A stretch of DNA of 63,107 bases, counting the filler, from Candidatus Babelota bacterium (lineage in GTDB: Bacteria > JAGOBX01), in NCBI GenBank assembly GCA_017999075.1. It is 12 parts of 12 records of this genome, joined end to end, with 100 filler letters (N's around TTAATTAATTAA, not from the genome) between each part and the next. Parts side by side here need not be neighbours in the genome. Positions count along the whole stretch, not along the records: positions 1 to 15,162 come from JAGOBX010000030.1; 11 more parts are not named here. One strand, given 5' to 3'. Numbering within the stretch: position 1 is the first letter of the stretch; each line of letters begins with the position of its first letter. A program made the translations under genes and the position numbers. The notes beneath the pieces are model-generated. The model was given only the letters and a program-made list of their open reading frames with translations. It was not told the origin of the DNA and made no database searches. Shown in pieces: positions 1 through 10,072 of this stretch.

Positions 1-143
1 CTACTATATCGATTCGATTTTTTAATTGCGTAACATTATTCTGCATTTGTTTTCTCCTTTTTATTTTTTAAAAAAATTTTAAATTAACTTTTTAGTTTTA
101 ATTTATGCAAACAATAAATAATAAACTGTAATAAAAAAAGTTT

Positions 144-347
144 TTAGCGATGACGTTTTTTTTTTTTGAAAAAAAAATCCTTTTTCTTTTTAAAAATTAG
201 ATTTATTTGTTGGCGAATAAACGGCAACATGGTTTTGCCGACTCCCGGTTGATTTCCTGTGAGCGCTAATGGGCGTGCCCCGATAAAACTGTTTTTGAAT
301 AGCGTATCAATAAGATGTACTAATTCGTTTTCATTTTCTTTCGTCAT
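144..347 (-). CDS. Small ORF with a P-loop-like motif, possibly a remnant of an NTPase/primase-type gene
   Basis: AGGAG RBS upstream of the ATG. LTGNQPGVGKT resembles a deviant Walker A. The ORF then runs into poly-A/Lys tracts and stops. Confidence 0.35.
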   Translation of the reverse strand: MTKENENELVHLIDTLFKNSFIGARPLALTGNQPGVGKTMLPFIRQQINLIFKKKKDFFFKKKKRHR

Positions 348-546
348 TTTCTTTTCTCCTTTTTATAATATACTTTTTTAATAAAGCAAAATTGCTTTGA
401 TAACAAAAATATATCACAAAATCGGAGTTTTGGAATCTATAGGAAGAATTAAGAAGACCATGCATAAAATTCGCCTAAACAGCGTAAAACACAGGGTTTT
501 AAAAGAAAATTAAGAAATTTTAAGAAGAATTAGGAAGAAAAAGGGA

Positions 547-2406
547 TTATTTTTTTTGAGTTACTTTAAGATTCATTTTTTTTGTATTTTTATCGTAGTA
601 ACGATTATAATAAAAAATATATTTATCATCTGTATTTTGAGCAAGCTGCCGCAATGGCTGAAAAGCTTTGTCAAGAAACCACGATAGCGCCTCGTTTTCG
701 TCGCCGGAACAGGGAGTAAAATCAGCTTTTGCTATGTTAAAGGCGGTGTTTGGCGTTTTTAATGCTATTTTGAGCAGTTGAAGTGTATATTTATGCGACA
801 CTATATTCTTAGAATCTGTGGTGATGTTGCGAATACACGAAGGGTATTTGTAATATATTTCCATTTCTGTTCCGCTTTTTTTTACAGCTAATGTTAATGG
901 TGTAATTATTCCTTTTCGTTTGTTTTTCTTAACTACCTGTGTTATTGGGGAGTGTTTAGAATTTATATTAATGGGAAGCAGGCTGGGTATTTTTTTTTCA
1001 GCAACAGCTTTATCTAATAAATCTTGTATATTTTTATTTATTATTGTTTTTATGTTGTCATAATCTGATTTTTTAAGATAAAAATATTCTTTTGTTTGTG
1101 TGAAAAAACAGTTAAATTTTTTTCGGAAATAATCGTTTTGGTTGGTTCCGTCATATGTTTCCCCCCACTCAACCTTAGGAATAAATGAATTATCTTCTTT
1201 TTCTATATATTGGGCAATTTGGGTTTCACCTTGATTTTTGTAATCCAAATCAGCAATTTGATTAAAAATATTATCCTTTAATTTTTGTTTTTGTTCGAGA
1301 AAAAATTGAATATGTTTCGCGTATTTTTTATCTTTGTATAGGAATATGAAATTGTTTATATATATTTCTATAAATTCAAAGATAAGATTTTGACTATATC
1401 GTTCAAAATTGACATCATTATCAACGATATCCGGGTTGTTAGAATCTGAATGTTCATAGGGTAAATCAAAATTTCTTGCAACTGACTCGAGTAAAATACG
1501 AACGAAAATATTGGTGTTTGCATATGATTTTATTTGAGATTTTGCATTTAAAGAAATATATGCGGGCTCATAAACATTTTTATAAAAAAAATAATTTGGA
1601 TTGATTGGCAGCCCATATTGTTTATATTTATCCACAAAATATTTAAAATAGGCAGCTTCCTTGGTATTTAAAATTGCCTCCAAATTAAATATTTCAAAAA
1701 TTTCGTTTGCAATCATTTGAGGTAAGCTTAACTTGCCATTCAAAAATAAGCCGATTTCGCCTGCGCATATATGTAGTTCGGTGTTTAATTCATTCCAGTA
1801 ATGCAGATACATTCTATTAAAAATATATCTGTATAAATATTGAATATCCGCCTTTTTTATGATTTGTTCGCATTCAATTATTTTTTTTATCGTGTTTTCT
1901 ATTTTTTTTATTCTTTCAGTGTCTAATTTTAAAAAATTGCAATATTCCGCGCTGCCTTTTTTAGGACCTTTATAATTCATACATTCATAATCTGTTTCAA
2001 AAGCCGTGATAATTATCGTGTCACATTTGAAAAAAGATTCGTTAAATATTTTTAATATGTTTGTTTTTAGAATTTCGAGTTCTTTTATAGAATCCTTACA
2101 GATGTAGGATGAAGAATAATGTAAAATTATTTTTTTTTCTTTATATGTAAACCTATATGAATTCAAAAAATTTCGTTCGTTGAATTTTTCAATCATTACT
2201 TTATAGTTTTCTAATTCATTATTAATCACATATGTATTAATATTCTCTTCTCTTGGCGGAATTGGTTCTTCAAAAAAATTATCACATTTAAAATAATCTT
2301 CAAAAAGAAATAATTTGGAAAAATCTTTCGATAAAACGCAGGCAAAAGAACTTTTTTCACTACACCGTTTTAGTATTTTTTCGCTATCTATTATTTCGAT
2401 GCTCAT
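547..2406 (-). CDS. Hypothetical protein, 619 aa
   Basis: Long ORF with AGGAG RBS, downstream of res. No family motif recognised. Confidence 0.75.
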   Translation of the reverse strand: MSIEIIDSEKILKRCSEKSSFACVLSKDFSKLFLFEDYFKCDNFFEEPIPPREENINTYVINNELENYKVMIEKFNERNFLNSYRFTYKEKKIILHYSSSYICKDSIKELEILKTNILKIFNESFFKCDTIIITAFETDYECMNYKGPKKGSAEYCNFLKLDTERIKKIENTIKKIIECEQIIKKADIQYLYRYIFNRMYLHYWNELNTELHICAGEIGLFLNGKLSLPQMIANEIFEIFNLEAILNTKEAAYFKYFVDKYKQYGLPINPNYFFYKNVYEPAYISLNAKSQIKSYANTNIFVRILLESVARNFDLPYEHSDSNNPDIVDNDVNFERYSQNLIFEFIEIYINNFIFLYKDKKYAKHIQFFLEQKQKLKDNIFNQIADLDYKNQGETQIAQYIEKEDNSFIPKVEWGETYDGTNQNDYFRKKFNCFFTQTKEYFYLKKSDYDNIKTIINKNIQDLLDKAVAEKKIPSLLPININSKHSPITQVVKKNKRKGIITPLTLAVKKSGTEMEIYYKYPSCIRNITTDSKNIVSHKYTLQLLKIALKTPNTAFNIAKADFTPCSGDENEALSWFLDKAFQPLRQLAQNTDDKYIFYYNRYYDKNTKKMNLKVTQKK

Positions 2407-2497
2407 TTAATTTAAACTCCTATAAATCTTTTTATACTAATTCGCACAACAAATTTTTAATATTACTCTAAAAAAAAAAGATTTCAATCTGATTTTA

Positions 2498-5400
2498 CTA
2501 TATCATTATTTTATCTCTCAACGACTGATATGAATCAATGACATCATATTTAATATCCTTATGCCCTAAAGCTTCAAAGTGTTTTTTAGCATAACTTATT
2601 TTCTTCTGTTCAATTTCTTTTAGTTGAAGACTTTCCATACTTCCTTTTGTTTCTGCAATAAAATAGACATATTTAAAATTGTTAGTGTCAAAAACTATTG
2701 CCCAGTCCGGCGAATAATTTCCAACCGGCGTCGGAATTTGAAAACCATTTTGCCCGCGAGGGAGTTTTGCATAAACAAGTACTTCTTCACATTCGAGGTC
2801 ATTTGCAAATTTACGCTCTATTTCAGAATCGGTTTTTACATAGCTGTGGACATTTTTTTTAACTTCCAGTATGTTTTTTGCCAAAGAACCTTTAAAGTTG
2901 TTTATGGTGAATATACTGTCGTCATAAGTTTTATCTGTTTTTGAATAGACGATATTATTAATTAGAGTTGCTGCTTTTTCACTGTTGATGAGGTTAACAA
3001 CCCCATGTATAAAACTCTCTGGATTAACTTTAAAATTATGAAAAACATCTTCACTTAAATTTTGTAAAATATTGACTATTGACCGTCTGGTAAGATTCGT
3101 CTCTTTGGCGATTTCTCCCACTAAATCATATTTCAAAGCGCCAAGTAGTGAATCTGCTTTTTCAGTAATATTCTTTTGTTTTTTCATACTTTCGCCGGAT
3201 TTCAGACTTGATTCATCTATTTTGTCCTGTTGTTCCCCGAAAGTAATATTTATCAGAATCTTTTTTACCTTTAAATTCTTGTTTATTGATTCTGTACTTT
3301 TTTTGATTAGTTCTTCACTATCAAAATCCACTTCATAAACAGTTTTAATTTTTATTTTTTTCCATAAATCCTGAAACTCTTTTTTAGCAAAATTATCGTT
3401 TGGCTTTAATATAATTTCATTTATATTATTTATATTTTCATTTTCTGAAGCTTTGAAATTTGCCGTTGTGTATATTTTTTGCATAAGCTCAGCGACACAA
3501 GTTTCAAACCCTTGTAATTTTTTCGGCGCTTCATATTTTTTATCTTCAATATCCTTTATAAGAGTCTCAGTTATTTGATAGTTATCGTTCACATAACCCT
3601 TGGTTTTTAAATCAAAAATAAAGTCCATTGAAGATTTGTTATCAAAAATAAACTTTTCGCCTTTATCATTTTTTAATACAAGATTATTCAATACATCAAT
3701 TGTAAGTTTAACAGGTCTTTCAGAAAGAGATTCAACAATTTCATTTTGCAATTCTTTTGCAAATGAATCATAAGATTCACTGGCAACAACAGTTAATTTA
3801 TTCACATCAAAAAACTCGCCTTCAAGCAGTGATGAATCCATTCGTTCTCCTTTGGAGTTAACGCAAATTCTAAGACCTCGACCGATTTCCTGTCTTCGAC
3901 TTATATCTGATTGACTGTGTTTAAGTGTGCAAATCTGAAAAACATTAGGATTATCCCAGCCCTCGCGCAGAGCAGAATGTGAGAATATAAAGCGCGTAGG
4001 TTCGCTAAAACTTAATAGTTTTTCTTTGTTCTTCATTATAAGATCGTATGCGTTTTCGTCATCGCTTCCGTTTTGATCTTTTTTTTCTTTAGAATTAACA
4101 AAATTGCCTTTTTTATCAATGGAAAAATAACCCTTATGAATATCGTCAACAGAAAATGTATTAAGATACTCATTGTATTCAGTTTCAAATAAACTTTGTT
4201 GGCTTATCGCAAGTTTGTATTCTTCTTCGAACACCTTGGCATAATCCCCTTTTTGCTGATTATTGTTATTATCATATATTCTATATTTAGCAACTTCATC
4301 AATAAAAAACAATGACAATACCTTAATGCCTTTCGGAAACATAATCCGCTCTTTTTCAATATGAGATTTTATTGTCTCCCTTATCTGAATCCGCCGCACA
4401 TGTTCTTCATCAACATCGCCCGTTGTTTGTCCGACTGATAATTCAACGCCGTTTGTAAACGATACTGTATTGGTTAAGCCGTTAATCTCTTTTACAATAA
4501 AACCTTTATATTGTTGCAGCTCATTTGAGAAAACAAACAAATCATCTTTTTCTTTAATTTGCCTGATTTTTTTACTTATTCCGTTAATTTGTTTAACTTC
4601 CAATTCTATATATGCCACAGGATATTGTGTTGTACTAATCTGAATTCTATCAAGAAACAAAAAACTATTTGTTCCGCTGTTACCAACGACTTCTATACCC
4701 TTCACGCTAATTTTTTTTACTAATTTTTGATTATACGCATCTATCGCATCAAGCCGGTAAATTTTATTAAAATCTTCTTTGTGGGTTGCAGAATACAGCA
4801 AAGTAAATAATTGATTAAATTCTTTTTTAATAAAAATAGTTTCTGCTGCCTTTGAAACTTTTTTACAATTAAATATTTTTCCCTTTTCTATGCCAAATCT
4901 TTGCGGTTCGTCAATTATTAAAATTGGTCTTGCCCGTTTAATAATATCTATTGGTCTTTCACTTTGCAGTGTGTCGAGTTTTTGATAAATTTTTCTGGAT
5001 TCACGACTTGTTGTGGCGAATGCCTGATAATTCATTATTATTACTTCGATGTTTGAAGTGTCTGCAAAACTTTTTATATTAATAAGGTTGGATTTATTAT
5101 TGGTATTATAAATTGAAAATCGAATTTTTTTACCGTAAATTTCCTGAAAATGTTCAGCGGTAATTTCAAGGGATTTATGCGCGCCTTCGCGGATAGCTAC
5201 TGATGGTACCATTATTATAAACTTGTTCCAGCCGTAGTGTTTATTCAACTCATACATAGTCCTGGTATAAACATAAGTTTTGCCGGTTCCGGTTTCCATT
5301 TCAATAGTAAAATTCATTCCGGACAATTGCGCTATTGTTTTTAATCCTTGCTCGCTTTGTAATGTCTGAACATTTTTTAAAATATCGCTTTCATCAAGTT

Positions 5401-5578
5401 CTATTTTTTTGTTTGAGAATATTTCAGCAATTTTAATTTCTGTTCCAAATATTCCGCGGTCAATATTTTCTCTGCCGACAATCTCTTTTCTTAATCCTTT
5501 ACTTTGACCTTCAAAGCATCGAATTACAGCCATTGCTGCATCGGTTTGATACTGTTGTTGTTTGAATATAAGTTTCAT
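2498..5578 (-). CDS. res: Type III restriction endonuclease Res subunit
   Basis: FTIEMETGTGKT Walker A, IIDEPQ Walker B, LREGWDNPNVFQIC, QEIGRGLR and C-terminal PDW...AETKG (PD-(D/E)xK) nuclease motif. Same operon as mod. Confidence 0.95.
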   Translation of the reverse strand: MKLIFKQQQYQTDAAMAVIRCFEGQSKGLRKEIVGRENIDRGIFGTEIKIAEIFSNKKIELDESDILKNVQTLQSEQGLKTIAQLSGMNFTIEMETGTGKTYVYTRTMYELNKHYGWNKFIIMVPSVAIREGAHKSLEITAEHFQEIYGKKIRFSIYNTNNKSNLINIKSFADTSNIEVIIMNYQAFATTSRESRKIYQKLDTLQSERPIDIIKRARPILIIDEPQRFGIEKGKIFNCKKVSKAAETIFIKKEFNQLFTLLYSATHKEDFNKIYRLDAIDAYNQKLVKKISVKGIEVVGNSGTNSFLFLDRIQISTTQYPVAYIELEVKQINGISKKIRQIKEKDDLFVFSNELQQYKGFIVKEINGLTNTVSFTNGVELSVGQTTGDVDEEHVRRIQIRETIKSHIEKERIMFPKGIKVLSLFFIDEVAKYRIYDNNNNQQKGDYAKVFEEEYKLAISQQSLFETEYNEYLNTFSVDDIHKGYFSIDKKGNFVNSKEKKDQNGSDDENAYDLIMKNKEKLLSFSEPTRFIFSHSALREGWDNPNVFQICTLKHSQSDISRRQEIGRGLRICVNSKGERMDSSLLEGEFFDVNKLTVVASESYDSFAKELQNEIVESLSERPVKLTIDVLNNLVLKNDKGEKFIFDNKSSMDFIFDLKTKGYVNDNYQITETLIKDIEDKKYEAPKKLQGFETCVAELMQKIYTTANFKASENENINNINEIILKPNDNFAKKEFQDLWKKIKIKTVYEVDFDSEELIKKSTESINKNLKVKKILINITFGEQQDKIDESSLKSGESMKKQKNITEKADSLLGALKYDLVGEIAKETNLTRRSIVNILQNLSEDVFHNFKVNPESFIHGVVNLINSEKAATLINNIVYSKTDKTYDDSIFTINNFKGSLAKNILEVKKNVHSYVKTDSEIERKFANDLECEEVLVYAKLPRGQNGFQIPTPVGNYSPDWAIVFDTNNFKYVYFIAETKGSMESLQLKEIEQKKISYAKKHFEALGHKDIKYDVIDSYQSLRDKIMI

Positions 5579-6083
5579 ATATTCCTGCCTTTTTTACCTG
5601 TCAGTTTTTTAATTTCTTTATCAAAATCAGACTCAAGTTTTTGGATTTTATTAAATTTTTCGTATTCGGCAAATGCTTTTTGTTCTGCGTCTTTATGAGC
5701 AATTTTACCTTTTCCCTCAAGAATCTTGTATTCGTTGAATTCTAAAAACTTGTTGACCGATTCTGCCAGTATTTCCATAGTTAAGATTGTCCTGTTTTCA
5801 ATTAATCGTTCAATGTAGTCAAAATAACCCGATACTGTTCTTTCGAGTTTCTTAATATCATCTTCATTAAGATAGTTTTTCGCAATAATTGTATCAGATT
5901 TCAGAATTCTGCCGACCGGCGAATTTTTCCATGTCATCATACCCATAAATGGTTTTGTGTTATCTGCTTTGCAATAAATTATTTCGGCGGCTGTTTGTCC
6001 GGTAATCGCATAGTGGAATTTATTATCAATCCGCCAGGTTTAAAACCTTCGCCTTTCAGGCGAAAAGCTTTAAGCGATAAAAA

Positions 6084-6111
6084 TTGACAAGGAACCAAAA
6101 ACAAGTAAAAT
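6084..6111 (+). promoter_or_regulatory. Putative sigma70-type promoter of tnpA
   Basis: TTGACA-N16-TAAAAT about 20 nt upstream of the likely ATG at 6132. Confidence 0.5.
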
Positions 6112-6131
6112 TTTCGACGGTGGTGATGAAA

Positions 6132-6563
6132 ATGGAATATCGTCGAGATAGTCATTCAAAATATGATATAAAATATCATTTCATATGGGTTACAAAATAT
6201 AGGTATAAAGTATTGAAAGGCAGTATAGCATTGCGATTGAGAGAATTGTTAAGACAAGGATGCGAAGCACGAAATTTAGTAATAGTAAGAGGAAATGTGA
6301 CAAGCGATCATGTTCATATGTTAATATCGTGTCCACCAAGTATAGCGCCTGCAAAGATAGTTCAATATTTGAAAGGACGTTCATCCAAATTAATACAAGA
6401 TGAATTTCCAGATTTGAAAAAAAGATACTGGGGACAACATTTGTGGGCTCGCGGATATTTTTGTGGAACGGTTGGAAATGTGACTGAAGAAATGATAAAA
6501 AAATATGTTGAAAATCAATGCGAAGAAGATGAAGGCGATAATGTTTTTAAAGTGACAGAATAA
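6132..6563 (+). CDS. tnpA: Y1 HUH transposase TnpA
   Basis: YHFIWVTKYR, DHVHML (HUH), KGRSS, LWARGYF and IKKYVENQ (catalytic Tyr). The start is probably MEYRR at 6132 rather than the TTG at 6084. Confidence 0.95.
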   Translation: MEYRRDSHSKYDIKYHFIWVTKYRYKVLKGSIALRLRELLRQGCEARNLVIVRGNVTSDHVHMLISCPPSIAPAKIVQYLKGRSSKLIQDEFPDLKKRYWGQHLWARGYFCGTVGNVTEEMIKKYVENQCEEDEGDNVFKVTE

Positions 6564-7316
6564 TAACGAGTTTCAGTCGAAAGCTTAAGTTGGCTTTAGC
6601 CAGTGGTCTTTTCAGTTGGCTTTAGCCAAAAGTATCGACTTTCAGTCGAAAAAATAACCCGCCTACTTTAAGTAGGCGGTTGTTGAGTCTGCACCATAGC
6701 ATAAAAGGTTTTGGTAATATCAGACAGTGGATCATAATCAATACTGCATTCGGCAAAAATATCGGTTATCTGCTGGTAAATACGCCGCTCGCTGGCGCGA
6801 ATAGAACGAACTCGTTCCAACATCTCCCGGAAATAGTCTTGCCCGAAAAACCTTCCGTTTTTAAGACGCTCATCATCCATTGCAAAACCTTTTATAATAT
6901 ATTCCCGGAGTATTTGTGTTGCCCAAATGCGAAATTGTGTTGCCTGCCGCGAATTTACACGGTAACCAACAGAGATAATGGCATCTAAATTATAATATTT
7001 AACCGCCTGTATCTGGTTTTTCCCTTCTATAGCGCCGTGTAAAGTGGTATGTTCTAAAATGGAACTAACCACTTTTTCATCCAATTCACCGCATTCAAAA
7101 ATATTTTTAAGATGTTTTGTAATTGCCGGTCGTTGCACGCCGAAAAGTTTTGCCATTCTTTCCTGATTTAGCCAAACTGTTTCGTTGTGAACAAATATTT
7201 CTACTTTTACATCTCCATTGGGCGCTGTATATAATAAAAACTCCGTTAATGCATCCTTGCTGGATAAAAAATTAATATTTTTTTTTTCTGATTTTTCCTG
7301 TTTTTCGCGACCCATA

Positions 7317-9428
7317 TTATATCACCGTTACCTTTGTCTCCGGCGAAAGTCTCTTAAATCGTTCTTCCACATTAATGCGGTCTTTATCGTCTTTAAAGCT
7401 GGCGTCTTTGAAAACAACTTTTAAAGGTTTTAAATCTGATATTGCATCTACTATTTTGAAATCAATATCATTATCAAAGCAGGCGACAAGAGCATTGGTT
7501 TGAACAATGAAAACTGTATTGCCGAGTATCATTTTTGTTTCAATCGGCAATGAAAGTTCCAACCCAAGGTCGAGAATAACTTGAGTCAGAAGGTCTTCAG
7601 GAGTGCGGTCATCTTTTATGTTGCTTTCTAAAAATGAAAGTTGTTTCTGGTTTAATTCTGATGGATGATAAAACACATCTTTCATATTAGTGTCGTCAAC
7701 TTTATATACACGGAAACCAATATCGAGTTTACTTGCGTCAACCGGCTCTTCACCTAATTTCAATGATGGGTTTATAGCTTTAAGTTCTTCTATTATTTTC
7801 TTTCCTGCGCGCCGGATGCGTTCTTTGCCCACCTCAGTTACTATTGGCAATATCTTTTCCTTATTTAAATATTCTACAAAATCAATATTTTCATTGGTAT
7901 CAGACTTTATATTCTCTTGAAGTTGTACCATTATAAATTTTCTGTTTCCTCCGTCTTCAGCATTTAGTTGAATTACTGCATGTGCTGTTGTTGAAGAACC
8001 CGAAAAAAAATCTAATACAATCATGTCTTTTTCTTCTTGCATTGTTAGCAATCTTTTAACTAAGTTTACTGGCTTCTTACCATTGGGATAGGGTATATTA
8101 CCTTCTTTAGTTAAGTTTTTTGTATCACCCACAAAATCCCAATAAGTTCCTTGCATTTCTTTTTTATATAAGACACCATTTATTTCTTCAGTTACATCTT
8201 TTAGCCAAGCAAAAAGTCTGAATTTATTTCCTTTATAGAATTGTTCGTATAGGTTACTTTTATTTCTACCAGATTTTGGTTTATATTCGATTGAGAACAG
8301 ATCACCTTTAACACCTAACTCCTTAACTTTTTCCATAACCCTTGGTCTTATGGAACTTTGTGGCATAGCTGTTTGAAATATTTTTGACGCATACTTTGTG
8401 TAAACTTCACTCTCTGTTATTCCATTTTCTTTGACAATTTGACCAACTGATTTAATGGAATAGTTCTCTCTTAAATAAATATTTATATCATTACCGTCCC
8501 CATCAATTGTACTACCAATAAACCTTTTGTTTCCTTCCTCAATAAGCACACTTGTATATTTCCAACTTTTTTCATCTTCTTTATATTGTTCGATTAATGT
8601 TGAAATCGGAAAATATTCAAATACATTAACAAAAGAAGAAAAAGAAGAAATATTCTTAAGATAGATAAGCACATACTCTATGTTCTTTTTTAATCTTTTA
8701 TCTTCTCCGCCACCAGAAGCCCCTGCTACATTTTTCATATTAACAGAAATAGTGTTAACAAAATTATTTTCTCCATAGATCTCATCACATATTTTTTTTA
8801 AGTTTTCCTGTTCACTATCATCAATACTGATAAAAATCACCCCGTCATCTTTCAGTAAATCCCTTGCAACTACAAGCCGTTCATACATCATACTCAGCCA
8901 ATCAGAATGAAATCTGCCGTTGCTGTCGGTATTCCTAAAAAGTTTTTCTCCATCTTCACTTTCTACGCCAAGCTCTAATTCATATTTTTCTTTACTCATT
9001 TTAAAATTATCTTTATAGATAAAATCATTTCCCGTGTTATACGGCGGATCAATATAAATCATCTTCACTTTACCCAAATAACTTTCCTGTAAAATTTTCA
9101 GAACTTCAAAATTATCGCCTTCAATATAAAGATTTTCTGTTGTATCAAAATTAACACTTTCTTCTCTGCAAGGTCTTAGTGTTTTTGTGATTGGAGTATT
9201 CGCTTTTAAAAGAGATGCTTTTTTCCCTGGCCAGTCTAAGCGATAGCGTTCGTTATCATCTTCAACAAGTTCTTTAGATAAAACCTGTTTCAATAAATCA
9301 AAATCAACTGCTTTTTTCACGGTTCCGTTTTCATCCCTTGTTTCGGTTATAACATTGGGGAATATTTTAGCAATCTGTTCAATATTTTTATCTGTTAAAT
9401 CCGGCGTCTGCATTTTTAGTTTATCCAT
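7317..9428 (-). CDS. mod: Type III RM DNA methyltransferase Mod subunit
   Basis: IYIDPPYNTG (motif IV), HSDWLSMMYERL, central TRD, KKPV and LDFFSGSSTT (motif I). Confidence 0.95.
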   Translation of the reverse strand: MDKLKMQTPDLTDKNIEQIAKIFPNVITETRDENGTVKKAVDFDLLKQVLSKELVEDDNERYRLDWPGKKASLLKANTPITKTLRPCREESVNFDTTENLYIEGDNFEVLKILQESYLGKVKMIYIDPPYNTGNDFIYKDNFKMSKEKYELELGVESEDGEKLFRNTDSNGRFHSDWLSMMYERLVVARDLLKDDGVIFISIDDSEQENLKKICDEIYGENNFVNTISVNMKNVAGASGGGEDKRLKKNIEYVLIYLKNISSFSSFVNVFEYFPISTLIEQYKEDEKSWKYTSVLIEEGNKRFIGSTIDGDGNDINIYLRENYSIKSVGQIVKENGITESEVYTKYASKIFQTAMPQSSIRPRVMEKVKELGVKGDLFSIEYKPKSGRNKSNLYEQFYKGNKFRLFAWLKDVTEEINGVLYKKEMQGTYWDFVGDTKNLTKEGNIPYPNGKKPVNLVKRLLTMQEEKDMIVLDFFSGSSTTAHAVIQLNAEDGGNRKFIMVQLQENIKSDTNENIDFVEYLNKEKILPIVTEVGKERIRRAGKKIIEELKAINPSLKLGEEPVDASKLDIGFRVYKVDDTNMKDVFYHPSELNQKQLSFLESNIKDDRTPEDLLTQVILDLGLELSLPIETKMILGNTVFIVQTNALVACFDNDIDFKIVDAISDLKPLKVVFKDASFKDDKDRINVEERFKRLSPETKVTVI

Positions 9429-9430
9429 TT

Positions 9431-10072
9431 CTATAACTCCTCTTTAATTTTCTTAAGCTGATTTTTTCTTTTCAGTAATATTTTATTAATTTCCACTTTA
9501 CGGTTAAACTGTTTTTCTTTTGATATTCTGCTTTCTAAAACAGTTATTTCATTTTTTAATGCTTTAATTTTTTTGTCGTTATCTATAATATCATTAAAAT
9601 TAAACTTGTTTTGCAATTCGTTTCGGATAAACGATTTAACTAATTTTTGATATACTTTTTCCAAATCAATACCGGTAAAATCAAAACTTTTATCTTCGTT
9701 CCAATCAGAAAAGTAGTAATTTTTGGCATTATTATTCTCTTTTAATGTAATACCGTAAGCTTCATTGTCGTTATAAATAAAGCGGTATAATATTTGATAA
9801 GGGATAGCTTTATCAATGACCTTTAAAATATTTTTTGGGATAATTTGTTCTTTAAGTTCAATTTCAAATATTTGTATTTCTGTAACTTTTTCTGTTTTTG
9901 TGATTCCTACGGTGCTTTCGGCAAGTTTATACTTCCAAGTAATTTTTTGGATTTTATCAACAAACTCTTTCTGCAATTTCGTGCTTAAAGCTGCCTTCTC
10001 ATAAAATTTGTTTTTTGCTATAAATTTATTAACAAAAGCTTCTCTCGGTAATTTCAAATTATCACTACTCAT
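9431..10072 (-). CDS. DUF4391-family protein
   Basis: IDKAIPY and KEKQFNRKVEIN signatures. Typical position between SNF2 helicase and mod. Confidence 0.85.
   Translation of the reverse strand: MSSDNLKLPREAFVNKFIAKNKFYEKAALSTKLQKEFVDKIQKITWKYKLAESTVGITKTEKVTEIQIFEIELKEQIIPKNILKVIDKAIPYQILYRFIYNDNEAYGITLKENNNAKNYYFSDWNEDKSFDFTGIDLEKVYQKLVKSFIRNELQNKFNFNDIIDNDKKIKALKNEITVLESRISKEKQFNRKVEINKILLKRKNQLKKIKEEL

Larger units (their letters stand above)
6024..6687 (+). mobile_element. IS200/IS605-family element, tnpA-only (IS200 group), 664 bp
   Basis: Boundaries are set by reconstituting rhuM (1-nt ambiguity). No target duplication. Inserted 3' of TTAT. Subterminal hairpins TTCGCCT-TTC-AGGCGAA (6048-6064) and CCGCCTACT-TTA-AGTAGGCGG (6659-6679). 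Confidence 0.9.
5575..7315 (-). pseudogene. rhuM: RhuM-family protein gene split by an IS200-type insertion (5' part about 6688-7315, 3' part about 5575-6024)
   Basis: YYNLDAIISVGYRVNS...ATQFRIWAT...YIIKGFAMDDERLK in the 5' part. Removing 664 bp rejoins FYAMVQ to NKFHYAITGQTAAEIIY in frame with the 3' part (AKNYLNEDDIKKLER). Confidence 0.9.

Noticed and set aside
6084-6131. N-terminal extension of TnpA from the TTG at 6084
   Set aside because: That TTG is part of the TTGACA -35 box. The family-like sequence begins at MEYRR (6132).
7317-9428. Phase-variable mod (phasevarion)
   Set aside because: No simple-sequence repeat tract beyond A/T runs that are normal at this AT content. The ORF is intact.
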